The notes below the pieces were generated by a model. That model saw only the letters and a list, made by a program, of their open reading frames with translations. It made no database searches and was not told the DNA's origin. The position numbers and the translations under genes are program-made. 64,000 nt of DNA, from the NCBI GenBank assembly GCA_951406725.2, contig OX597815.1:82460001-82524000 (forward strand), written 5' to 3'. The stretch is from Octopus vulgaris (taxonomy: Eukaryota). Shown here in pieces: positions 1 through 12,603 of the stretch (position 1 is its first letter; every line of letters starts with the position of its first letter).

Positions 1-291
1 TAAATTAATATGTTCAATAAGAAATAATTATTTTCGAAATTTTTTCTCTTATGAGGTTCTTACGCTATCTACCTGACAATTTCTTGTTAAGTTTTCCTTA
101 TTAAGTAGTTGTCCTTAATTGCTAAATTTTTATTCCGAAAAAACTTTTCCTCTCCCGAAATGCAATTCGTTAAAGTTTGCCATTTGACAGGATGTAATAT
201 ATGTAAACTCACCCATGTGCTTCGTTGAATGTTGAACAGTTAGCTGATCGACTTAAGCGGGGCAGGGTCGTTGTTTATTTATAATGCATTC

Positions 292-339
292 AGGCCTGCT
301 GATGAGTACGTAAGTATGAAATCACTGTGATACAGGTCT
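292..339 (+). ncRNA. Type I hammerhead ribozyme, family 1, copy 1
   Basis: aggcctg-CTGATGA-gtac(gtaa)gtat-GAAA-tcac(t)gtga-TA-caggtct. Core is intact, stems I, II and III all pair, and predicted cleavage is after A332. Confidence 0.9.
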
Positions 340-769
340 ATATATTTTTAAATGTCTTACTTTGAAGAATTGCATTCGGTGGGATTAGTAATATTTTTGG
401 TAGAAATGACTAATTGTCCCTCTTAGCGTTTGGCATGTATGTATAATGCCTTCTGGCAAGTATATAATGCCCTCTCTATATAAATTAATATATATATATA
501 TATATATATATTTTATATTTTTTCTCTTATGAGGTTCTTACGCTATCTACCTGACAATTTCTTGTTAAGTTTTCCTTATTAAGTAGTTGTCCTTAATTGC
601 TAAATTTTTATTCCGAAAAAACTTTTCCTCTCCCGAAATGCAATTCGTTAAAGTTTGCCATTTGACAGGATGTAATATATGTAAACTCACCCATGTGCTT
701 CGTTGAATGTTGAACAGTTAGCTGATCGACTTAAGCGGGGCAGGGTCGTTGTTTATTTATAATGCATTC

Positions 770-817
770 AGGCCTGCTGATGAGTACGTAAGTATGAAAT
801 CACTGTGATACAGGTCT
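770..817 (+). ncRNA. Type I hammerhead ribozyme, family 1, copy 2
   Basis: Identical to 292-339. Confidence 0.9.
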
Positions 818-961
818 ATATATTTTTAAATGTCTTACTTTGAAGAATTGCATTCGGTGGGATTAGTAATATTTTTGGTAGAAATGACTAATTGTCCCTC
901 TTAGCGTTTGGCATGTATGTATAATGCCTTCTGGCAAGTATATAATGCCCTCTATATATAA

Positions 962-1007
<46 letters not shown>

Positions 1008-1015
1008 TGTATATA

Positions 1016-1357
1016 CTAGCACTATGACCCGGCAACGCTGGGTCATAGTGCTAGTGCATGAATATACAGCTGCGTGCGTACGCACATACACGCGCGTCCT
1101 GTCCAAATCTCCGACCAATCACGTACAGCCAGCTGGCATTCAATTAACGTATCAAGTTTCAGGTATTTTGATTGGGTTTTGGATAGAAAATTCACAAAAA
1201 AGTCACTTCTATTGATTTTTTTAATGGCTTTGCGAGGTGAATGGGGAAATGTAAAGATGTGCACGACCACCCTTGGACGGTTTTGAATGCGAGCCCTCTA
1301 ACTGAAAAATTCTGGATTTGTATTAAGGATACACACACAGACAGACATTTTACCGTT

Positions 1358-1362
<5 letters not shown>
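1016..1362 (-). mobile_element. Non-autonomous Helitron
   Basis: Minus strand starts in TATATAAAC..GTCTGTCTGTGTGT and ends with a GC-rich hairpin followed by CTAG|T at 1016-1019. Confidence 0.7.
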
Positions 1363-1390
<28 letters not shown>

Positions 1391-2434
1391 GTATGTATAC
1401 ACATATGCGTATGTGGGCACAGGACGTCACGGAACGTAGACAACATTAATAACGACAGACCCTTCATCAGTTGTGGGCTGTTTTTCTAATCCGTATTTTG
1501 AGCAATTCAACGACAAGATATGCCTTCGATAAAACAGTTGCTCCCGTAAAACAAATTAAATAAAATTTGGGACTTTGCGGAGGGTCAAAATTGGTAACAA
1601 AAATAGGACAGTGAAAACAAACAGGAAGGGCTGCTAAGCCTAAACGAGGTCAGGTGGCGAACACGGAGAAAAAAGCGTGGACAGGAGACAGACAAGAACG
1701 CGTCTGACTCCTCCAGCTGCAATGGAAAGAAAGAAACACAAGTTAGAAAAAGAAAGATGGTCACGTGGAAGCCATGAGTGAAAAGGAGGAAGAATGAGGG
1801 AGGGAGAATGGCAGACAGAGAACTGTGAAAGGGAGAGGAAAAGATTTGGTGAAAGTATAAGAGTGAAAAATGAGAGGGGAAAAAGGAGAAGTAAAAGAAT
1901 AGGAGAAAGGAAGATATATATTAATATATATATCTACAAATGTTACTTGCCGAGGCTGGAGGTAAGGACAGAGCCCATGACTTTCGTAATTTCACCGATA
2001 ACGCTGTGGTTGATGCTGTTATTGTTCTACTTAAACTGTATGACAACCATTCGGAGGGACTGTGTTCCAGTTTGTTGGTATTCTGAATTGGAATGACTGA
2101 GAGTAGCCCTTAGTGCCAGGTTCATGTAGTGTTGGACACTACATGAATGCTGAGAGAAAAGAAGAGTAAATCTGGAGGGACTGAGTAGAGATGTCAATGG
2201 AACATCCAACTCTAGGGAACAGAAGACAACATAGTAAGGTTACGAAAGACGAGAGGAGACAGTAAGTCCGTTGACCTCAGAGAGAAAGAGAGAGAGAGAG
2301 AGAGAGTGAAAGAGAAAGAGGGACATATGTTTAGTACAACTCCCACAACAGCTGCAGCAGTGGCAAAGACGACGACGACAACCACTACCGCCAACACCAC
2401 CACCACCACCACCAATACAACCACCACCATCGTG

Positions 2435-2475
<41 letters not shown>

Positions 2476-2829
2476 CACTACTACTACTACCACCACCACT
2501 ATGCATACACACACGTGTGTGTGTGATTATGTGTGTGTGATTGTGTGTATCGTACTTATACATACAGATTTGATACACATGCATCTAAAATATTTCCAGT
2601 GAAGTCTATATTCTATAAAGCACTATCAAAATGGTAGTTTTCAAGATGAAGCAAATTCGTAGAATCAGCAACGATATTCACACAAGACAAGATAATATGG
2701 TTTGATCCACCATACAGAATAATTGTAGTTCAAACGTAGCACAAGAATTCATAAGCGTGTTAAATACCCGTTTCCTCGTGGTTCATAGTTACTGAAAGCC
2801 TTTGATATAAATTCTGTTATTGTACACAC

Positions 2830-3765
2830 CTATTCCCATATAAAACAAGTTGATAATCTTTGATAGCTTTATCGAAATGATATGTTTGGCTTTGTTTTCC
2901 ATGCATAAAATAGCACAGTGTAAGCAAATATTGTATTTCGATAATTCATAGTTATTATATTAAGAATTATTCTTTTAAAAAGTGGCCGCGACAACCTCCC
3001 AAAGGAGGTTGCTGAGATATTTTTCAAACCTGACAATTTTCCATTACTTTCAATTGCCTTAACAGACAATTAAGAGTATATAGTGGGACTAGATGATAAG
3101 CTTGCTTTAAGATCCATCCTATTAGAAATTTTTGTTTGTTTTTGATGTTATTTACCAAAGTGGAAATCAAAGATGTGCTGCTTAAGTCTGTGAATGATAT
3201 ATTATAGGGTTTAGTGTATTAGTTTTTAGAACTAAAACCTAGACAAACCATGGAGAAGCTCTGGTCCCTATTATTATTTCTGCCTAGAGAAAAAAAACAA
3301 ACTTTTACCGAGTAAAGTCGACTAGAAGTCGTAATAGCCGTGCAAGTTTTGTCAGAACCCTTAGAAATATTGGAATAATGTATGAGCAATTAATTAGGCC
3401 ACGAACTGAATGTCTAAGTAAAGAACATTTTTATTTAATCTCTCCGCCGCTTTTTGTAGAAAGACATAAAGCTTTGTCCAAGTTACAAAGGTACACAAAT
3501 ATCAACCGTTCTTGAAATGATAACTATTGTCACTAAGTGTAACATAACAAATAGTGAAACCTCTAATTACATTTTTTACAGTCGAAGACGCTATAGAAAT
3601 TACAGAAGAACTAGAATTAATAGGCAATTTCATATTAATAGCAAAAGAGGTGGGAATGAAATTTTCTTTACATCCTGAATCAATTAAAGTGTTAACATCT
3701 TTGTTACTTATTATAGCTGTAACAATTAACTTTTTAGTAGAATCTGAAAGAAGTGCAAATATTGT
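2830..3765 (-). pseudogene. Highly decayed Ty3/Gypsy pol (protease + RT remnants)
   Basis: Minus-strand translation gives NTLIDSGCKENFI (retropepsin DSG motif, 3673-3687), then ASPW..VLV (~3250), MDLK..YHLVPL (~3100), and KAIESNGKL..SFG..LFKRII..IFAY (ORF 2869-3069), in Gypsy PR-RT order with stops and frameshifts. Confidence 0.75.
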
Positions 3766-5517
3766 TTAAAAAACGGCGCTTGAAGACTTGTTATCATTAC
3801 TATTATTATTATCGTTGTTGTTGTTGTTGTCTTTGTTGTCGTTATTTTTGTGGTTGTTTTTGTTGTTGTTATTATTATATCGGTATATCTTTCAGTGGCG
3901 ACCCTTTTTTTTTTCCAAAATAAACCACAAAGCAATTCATTAGCAAGGCAACTCTTTATTAATCTCATCGACTCAAAAATAAAAGAAACTATGATCCTTT
4001 CAAATAGCAATAAGAAAATTAGAATAATTACGCACACGCACGAACACACACGTACACACACACATACGTGCGCACACACACGTACACACATTGGTATTAT
4101 GTAGAAGGACTAAGCTATTAATATATTCAGCAAAGTTATTACATAATTTTCATAGATGTTTCTAGAAATATAACGTATTACTGAGAATTTCTTATTTGCA
4201 TTCCTCGACATGACTTAAAATATTTCGAGTAATTGAAATGAGAAAACTTGCAAATCAGGTGTAATATCAAAAAGTGTGAGCTGAAAAAAATTATCCATTA
4301 TTTCATATTTGCATCACATCTATTTCAATCCATTTATATTCCTTTACACATACGCATGCTATATTATCAGCTGACAATATGGAAACCAAGCGGGATGACC
4401 CTCCAGGTTAACGATGCAACTTCTTCTAACTTGCCTTCTTTTACCTTTCCATTGCAGAGTATCGGTAGTAGTAAGAATAGTAATTGTAATAGTAGTAACA
4501 AAACCTGTAACAGTTATAGTAATGAGGTAGCATAGCCACCTTGCACGAACCCATTGGAAAGTCAAAGGAATCGCGGAATAAATTGCAATGCAATACGTTC
4601 AAATGTTTTATTTAATGATTCGAGTCTGCTATCATTCCTGTTCTTGTCCTTATCCTGGAATAAATGCATTTGTAGAGAAGATATACTTCCAACAATTTAA
4701 TTTAAAGATTTAAACCTGCTGCCATTCCTGCGCTCGATTTCATTTGAATGTTGAGCCGGACTATATGTACGGAGAATGACACTACAGAGAATTAATAAAA
4801 ACATTTCCAAAGAGAACACCTTCAAAGGGCTAACCTTGTCATATTCTGTATCACGCTGAATCTCCTTGAGAACTACATTGAGGGTATGAGTGTCTGTGGA
4901 GTACTCAGCCACTTACACGTTAATTTCACGTTGATCAAATCAGTGCTATAAAATCAAGAGCAGTTCTTGTAGCAGGAGTAGGTACAGCAACAACTATGGC
5001 AGCAGCAACAACTGTGGAGGCGCAATGGCCCAGTGGTTAGGGCAGTGGACTCGCGGTCGTAAGAAATTAATGTATTTTGTGTGATATTATTTATCGGCAC
5101 TGTTTCGCTCTATCTTACGTTTCTATACTCCAACCTACCTCTTTTCTTTTGCATAGCCTTCTCTACGTAAACATGTGATAATTATTGTGATAATTATTAT
5201 ATCTGTATTAAGTAATTTTAACTGGAATAGACGTGGAGGCTGAAGTTGAAAGAGGTAGGAGGAAGAACGAGGAGACAATTATGAAACTACCGCAATAAAT
5301 TAGCTCTTTGCAGGTCTTTAAGGTAGATCCCACACGTCCTTTCACTCATGTAATTTCCATCGTAGCAGGTACGATATGAGTGTAAACTAGAAACAATGAT
5401 AGAATGCAATGTCGCTTCAGTTACATCCGTGCCGTCAAGGCAAACTGATACCAAACTGATTGGAGCTACGCGTTATCATCATCAGTATAATCAGCACAAT
5501 CATCTATAGCACCAGAG

Positions 5518-5790
5518 TGAAGGCGTGTGGCTTAGTGGTTAAGATATTTGTCTCACGATCGTGAGGTTATGAATTCAATTATCAGCGACACGTTGTGTCC
5601 TTGAGCAAGGCACTTTATTTCACGTTGCTCCAATCCACTCAGCTGGCAAAAATGAGTAGTACTTGTATTTCAAAGGGCTAACCTTGTCACATTCTGTGTC
5701 ACGCTGAATTTCCTTGAGAACTACATTAAGGGTATGCGCATCTGTGGAGTGCTCAGCCACTTACACGTTAATTTCACGTTGATCGAATCA
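5518..5790 (+). mobile_element. tRNA-derived SINE, family C (V-SINE-like core)
   Basis: A-box tggcttagtgg, degenerate B-box, core ttgtgtccttgagcaaggcactttatttcacgttgctc. A related copy is at 37599-37925. Confidence 0.7.
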
Positions 5791-6792
5791 CTTGCAATGC
5801 TCGTCATCGTAACCGAAAGAGTGCTAAAGAATCAAGAGCAGTTCTAGTAGCAGGAGTAGTTACAGTAACAACTGTGGCAGCAGCAACAACAACTACAACT
5901 ACAACAACAGTGGCAACTACAACTTTACCAACAACTGCAGCACTACAAGTTGTACTGCATTGACTATTAAATTGAAAATACGTTGCGTGTCGGACAAAAT
6001 GTTTAGTAGCATTGCTTCCAGTTCTTTCCGTTCTGATTTCAAATCCTACCATGGTCAAATTTTCCTTTTATCATTTCGGGGTCGATAAAACAAATAGAAG
6101 AGCTGATGTAATTGGCTATCACCCACCGCATAAATTCCTGACCTTGTGCCAAAATTTCAAAGAATTATGTCTTCCTATAGATCAACATTCCTCATTTATA
6201 TTACTTTTAAAAAGGAGATATATTTCAACTTTAAAATAAAACCAATCTCATTAGCAATCTTATTTATTTTTAGAGGAGCGGGATGTTTCTGTATTATAAT
6301 CAGTCAATCAATCAATCGATATCAGGGATAAAATAATGGGTATAAACGAGTCTAATTAAAATCAATTTACATTAGCGATATTTTACTTCAAGATAGACAA
6401 AGCACAATAGAATTATTAGTGCTACTGATTTATGAGAAATATAATTGATATATTTTGTAAATATTTAAATTATACTATAGTGTTTCACTAGATTTTGTTT
6501 ATATTTAAATATCACATAGTGTAGTTTAGGGTATTTTAAATAGATTTGAAAAATTCACTACCGTATTTAGTATATTTGACGTTTATTTAAAGACACTAAC
6601 GAGTATCAATATATATTGCAGATATTTAAAATTGTTATTGCAAATCAATACGTTGAGTATATTTTAAAGTTTCTTTTGCGTATTGAAATTTTTGTTTGTA
6701 TATATTTAAGGAAATTAAATGATTACAATAAATTCTGTAGGCATTTAAGTTCGTTTAGCGCCAGAATCGATATATCAATAGAGATTTAATAT

Positions 6793-6848
<56 letters not shown>

Positions 6849-6910
6849 TAAAGTTCTAAGTTCAAATCCTTCAAAAACTGAATTTATCACTCCTGTCGAT
6901 ATTGGAGCCG

Positions 6911-6951
<41 letters not shown>

Positions 6952-6964
6952 ATATATATACAGC

Positions 6965-7043
<79 letters not shown>

Positions 7044-7248
7044 CAAAGCGCCCTTAATCCTATATTAGAAATCAATATATTGTAAGTTATTATACTATAT
7101 TTTACACATGAATATAAAGTTATTAATCTCAAATCTTGGCACAAGAGCAGCAATTTCGAGGTAAGAGCTAGGTAGGCCGATTACATTGACCCTAGTCCTC
7201 AACTGGTACTTGTTTTATAGTTTTCTTTTTCGCTATTTCCTTTCAGAG

Positions 7249-8308
7249 ATGGATAAGTCGGAAATCCGTAGTTTTGAAATATGAGTTCTTTCTTGGAAAC
7301 ACAGCATCACAGAGAGCTCGGAATATCAATGGTGTATTTCATTTTAATGTTATTGCTCAGCAGACTGTATCAAATTGGTTTGCAAAATTTCGATCTGGTA
7401 ACTTTGACCTCACAAATGAGCAACGTGATCGATCAGAAACAAAAGTGGGTAATGACGAACTGAAAGCCACCGTCAAGTCAGTTCCATCTCTAAGTGCCCG
7501 TGAATTATCGTTGTTGTTTGGTGTTAGCAAGCAAACAATATTGGCTCACCTAGTTCAAATCGGTAAAGTGAAAAAGTTGGATAAGTGGGTTCCACATGAA
7601 CTCAATGAAAATCAGAAACAGCAACGTCTGGAAGCCTGTATTATAATACTTTCTCGTCACAAAAATGAATAATTTTTTGATCGAATTGTTACATATGATG
7701 AGAAATGGATCCAATACAACAACCGTAAATGTTCAGCACAATGGTTGAACAAAGACGCAAAACATAGTTCAAAAATCAAAATTCATTAAAAAGAGATGAT
7801 AGTGTGTGTTTGGTGGTCTGGTGCAGGTGTTATCCATTATGATTTCGTTAAGCCTGGCTCATCAATCACGGCCGGAGTATACTGCAGCCAACTGGACCAA
7901 ATGGTGCAAAAACTTACTAAAAATAACGGCTTAGAGTAGTCAACAGATCCACTCCTATTTCATTGCAAGACAACGCCAGACCACACATCGCAAAAATGAC
8001 ATTGGCGAAACTACATCCTCCACCATACTCACCTGAGCTTGCCCCACTGACTACCACTTCTTCCAGAATTTGGATAACTTTTTAATAGGATAAAAATTTT
8101 ATTCCGACGAGGCTGTAAAACAGCCCTTCCGAGATTTTATTGACTCTAGATTGCCAGGCTTTTAAAGCTCCGGGCTGGACAAGCTACCGCTGAAATGGAA
8201 AGATTGTATTGACAATATGGGTGCATACTTTGATGAATAAAACTATTCCTTGTATTTATAAAATATTAAAAAAACTTTAAATTTTCTACAAATTTCATAC
8301 TTGACGGA
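7249..8308 (+). mobile_element. Decayed mariner (DD34D) transposon; transposase pseudogene 7249-8240
   Basis: MDKSEIR start, KKLDKWVPHEL, RIVTYDEKW, CVWW, QDNARPH, HPPYSPELAP.DYHFF, with several stops and frameshifts. A probable 3' TIR remnant is near 8286-8308; the 5' TIR was not found. Confidence 0.93.
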
Positions 8309-8310
8309 AA

Positions 8311-8421
<111 letters not shown>

Positions 8422-9313
8422 ACTACTACCACAACTACTGCTCAAACAGTCATTGCTTACATTATTCCCTTGCGTAGCGCTAACATCCTCGACAGCTACA
8501 ACATAACCAGCATTAGTGTCCGTTATAGGGACTCCGGCAGCACCACACTAACTCCACGCCCCTGCCATAACCAACAGCAGCACCAAAAGCAACAACTGCA
8601 ACAACAATCCCATCCGTATCACCACACCATCGTAAACCCCTCCAGTACCATCACTGCCACCACCACCACCACCACCACCAACACCAACACCACCAACATC
8701 ACTACCAATACCGACACAACCACATTCTCCTCTCATTCACAGCCGCTCACACCATCACCACCAATGCCTCCACGAATATTTCCTGTGTCAATGTGACCAC
8801 TACCGCAAGATACCAAAAACCGCGACTGCAACCACTGCTGCCACGATAAGAATCGCAGCAATGAGCTTCAACCTCTAAATTAATACCGCGAAAGCAACCA
8901 AAAGCTCTATCGCCCCCATCGCCCTCACCATCACCGCTATCATTATCTGTAACAATACTATGAACATCATCAGCACCATCATTATCACTACCAGCAATAA
9001 CAACCACAATATGGAACCTCTCATTGTTATATATCTTGCACTTGTTGCCACCAATGAATATTAAATTTGTTTGATGTGTACTCGACGTGTTTGCCTTATA
9101 ATATGCACTATCAGACCTTGCACATCGCCTTTCATGTGTTAAGTTGTAGCTTTATACCTCACAAATACTGCACATTTATTAGCTTGTTGAGATTGCAGTG
9201 CAAGGTGCATGTTGCAGCAGTATTTGCATTGCTAATGCAAGAAATATGTATCTACCTATGCGTGTGTGTTTGTATGTACACCTGAATGTATGTATGTGTA
9301 TGTATACATACAT

Positions 9314-9344
<31 letters not shown>

Positions 9345-10741
9345 AATATGCATATATACACACACCCATTCACATACATATACGTTTATACATACATACA
9401 TACACACGCACGCACACACACATATATAAATACATATATATACATACATATACATACATATATATGTGCATGCATAAACATATATATTTATGCAAATGCA
9501 TATATGCACATACGTAGATATCTTATGCATATGCATGTCTATATTTACATATATGTTTTTATAAATGTGAGTGTATGTTTGTGTGTCTGTGTGTATATCC
9601 TTGTGTGTTTTTACGTGTGCTTAAATTCGTATGGACGAGTGTATTTCACCCACCTTGCATGCATTTGAATAGGGATAGTTGAGTATAACGTGGATGTATG
9701 CACTACTTAAGAAATATATTGAAATGCACTGTATATGCATATATTCACACACACATATGCTGATAAACAAGTGCGAACGTGCTATCTTAAACAAAGCGCA
9801 TTCGCATCGGATTTTATATATGAGGATGAAGTAGAGAACGCAAGGGATATGGTTCTACTTTAATAGGACAGAACTAAGACAAAAGTAATTCCTGTTGGGA
9901 CTATTTTGTATTTTTCGTTTGTGCATGGAATATAAGACCATATTTTCAAAGCAACTTCTAAGACAGTAGTTTAGTAATTTGAGGGAGATTTGACTGCCTC
10001 CCCGCCAGTGTCAGATACTGTGTAAGTGGTATCTCTTGATGCCCCATATTTATAAACTCACTGATAACATTTATATGTGATCTGAGGGTGATTATCTTAC
10101 AGATGTAAAGCTATCGAAAATTAAGTTGTGATAAGAGGGAGATAGCGCTACTTTGTCGAAGGATGATGACATAAAGGCTTACTCCTCGATCAAATGTTGC
10201 TTGTATAATTGCAGTATTTAGGGTTTAGATGTTCTGTAAGAGTACATAGCATTAAATATTTTCCAATTTATCTGTTTTTAGTTATATGTTGTGGTTTGTG
10301 GTTTTGTGTAGTTTTTGTGTGTGCATGTATATGTTCGTGCATATGTGTAAGATATTAAATTTTAGTCGTATGTATGTATGTATGTATGTATGTATGTATG
10401 TATGTATGTATGTATGTATGTATGTATGTATGAATGTGTGTTTGTAAACAAACACGTGCAAACACACGTAATTTCATTAAAATTGTCTAGGAATTCTTGC
10501 CAGTGCTTCTTCATGTCAGAATAAAAAGACCAGCTTCCATAATTTAGAAATCACTCCTAATAAGATCACTGAAATCATATAGCTATACACTCGTAGTGTG
10601 ACCACATTTTCTTAGATGTTATGCCTATAAAAGGCCCTTAACGTTACGTATATAACAGCAACAACGATGACAACGATGATGATGATAACAACAACAACAA
10701 CAACAATAATAATAATAATAATAATAATTATAATAATAATA

Positions 10742-10815
10742 ATTGACATGAGTATTCCTTGCGATCATAATATAGCGTTGAAAGAATTTGACAAGATTAG
10801 TAAATATAAAGACGT
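10742..10815 (+). mobile_element. R4/Dong-type LINE RLE endonuclease fragment
   Basis: IDMSIPCDHNIALKEFDKISKYKD directly after (AAT)n; homologous to the fragment at 63590-63955. Confidence 0.7.
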
Positions 10816-11759
10816 AGTAGTGGCGGAGCATCATAGCCATGTGTCGAGAGGAATTCTTTGGGGTACGGATAATTCAAATTTGGAAACATGGGTGTTTCGT
10901 TCAAGGGAAGGAAAGAGAGAGAGGACATTACTTTCCTTATATAAATTATTAACAATTTTAATTTCGATGTATTTCGCACACCTGTCTTGCGTTTGTATTT
11001 TTATGGCAAAGGTAAGAGATTCTTAATATTTCAGTGTCAAACTTTAGAATTTGTCTACGTTTATTGCTTTAAATATAGGTCTGACCCAATAGACTCATTC
11101 AATGAGTAAAATAACAGTTATTATGATTATAAATTAGTATAATAGTTTTTTTTAGAATTAATGCGTTATTGGTATCAAGTACACAACATTGATTTTCCGT
11201 GTTTTCGACTACTTCTTAAAATTTATATCTTTAGAAAGTCTTATCATTCCTTTTCTTTTTGTTTGTTTCAAAAAGCATTAAATTATATATTTGGCGGATG
11301 GCGAACTTTCCGAATAGGTCCCTTATATAAATCGGAATTTCTTTGATTTTGCTTCGGTATTTTTCCACATTTCATAAATATCCCACGTTTCAAAATACAT
11401 CACAAGGGGACTTTCTTCAAAATAATACTTTTTAATCCATATTTTTAAAGCGTCTACCCACCCCACCTCATCGTACTTTTGGAGTAGAAACCACGCAGCT
11501 ATTTTCCTTTTCTGTTAATTTTCGTCATGTAGTAATCTACATTTTGAAACACTTGTAATTTGTATTTTTCTACAGAAAATTGTTTTTAGAAAAAAGTATG
11601 CATAAACAGGAATTTATCGCTTTTATTAATTTTAATCTTGAATAAAGTGGTGGAAATACGAAATAGGTTTTTTTTTCATATGTTTCAAAATGTGGAATGA
11701 TATAACATTTAAAATATATATTGTAGAACATATACAGAACAACCAAATTTAGCTCACAG

Positions 11760-12372
11760 TCAGATGAGTCATCTTTCTCTAGCAAAGAGACATGTCTGGC
11801 AGACTTTAAGAATATTTAATCTTGCAATTAATACCAGTCAGGGCGATTCTTAGATAAAGAAGAATAACAGAGGAAGAACTGGTTCCACAATAAAATTATA
11901 TTAAGCTGAGGCCAAAGTTGAAAAAAATATATATCAGGAATTTTTACTGTAAAAAAACACTTCTGGTTCTGACTGCTACTATGCACTGTGAAACCAAGTC
12001 AAGATGTACTTTATTGCCTTCCCAACGTCATATTCAGTAGAGCGGGGCTTCACAACAGCTGCTTTCTAAGCTAAGTAAAACTAGTCTGAAAATTATTGAA
12101 CGCAGGGATGTAAGACTACTTTTTAGTGTTTTTCAGACTGATGTTGGGGAGCTGATATCTGCACACGAAGTATATCCATCGCAGTAAAAATATGAAAACA
12201 ACGTAGATACAGGTGAGGTGTAAATTTGTTCCTTCATATTGTAAAAACAACAAAATATTGCGTTAACTATGTGAAATACAGTTGTTTTGATATCGCAGTA
12301 GTATTGAGGGGTAGCAGGGCATGTGGCCTGGGAGTCAAGACGGAGGCAGTTCGAACACTTTGTGAACCATCG
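11760..12372 (+). mobile_element. hAT (Charlie-like) transposon 3' remnant
   Basis: VKMYFIAFPTSYSVERGF...IERRDVRLLFS..QTDVGELISAHEVYPSQ* (stop 12185-12187) resembles the hAT C-terminal dimerisation region; TIR-like end gaaccatcg at ~12372. Confidence 0.75.
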
Positions 12373-12384
12373 TTCTAAAGAATA

Positions 12385-12421
<37 letters not shown>

Positions 12422-12536
12422 CGTTCTAACTGGTTATTAGTATCGTTGTGCCCAAAAAGTAATAATATATAATATATTGTAATATATATTTATGTATGTG
12501 TGTGTGCATCTATACTTACACACACACACACACACG

Positions 12537-12603
<67 letters not shown>

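Larger units (their letters stand above)
40..960 (+). repeat. Tandem direct repeat, ~478-bp unit (about 40-485 and 518-960), probable PLE pseudo-LTR or retrozyme-like unit
   Basis: Two copies identical by eye at offset 478, each ending in (TA)n and each carrying a hammerhead motif. Bases 1-10 equal 481-490, hinting that a further copy lies upstream of the window. Confidence 0.9.

Noticed and set aside
1410-1925. Minus-strand CTGATGA at 1464-1470 in a probable pLTR-like repeat
   Set aside because: No GAAA, stem III or matching stem I strand before the sequence runs into microsatellite.
2121-2147. Perfect 12-bp hairpin ttcatgtagtgt-tgg-acactacatgaa
   Set aside because: Isolated, with no associated feature.
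3554-3769. 71-aa plus-strand ORF
   Set aside because: Antisense shadow of the Gypsy protease frame.
5314-5368. Possible 55-nt exon (ctctttgcag...CAG|gtacga)
   Set aside because: Splice-like signals only; no recognisable peptide or partner exon.
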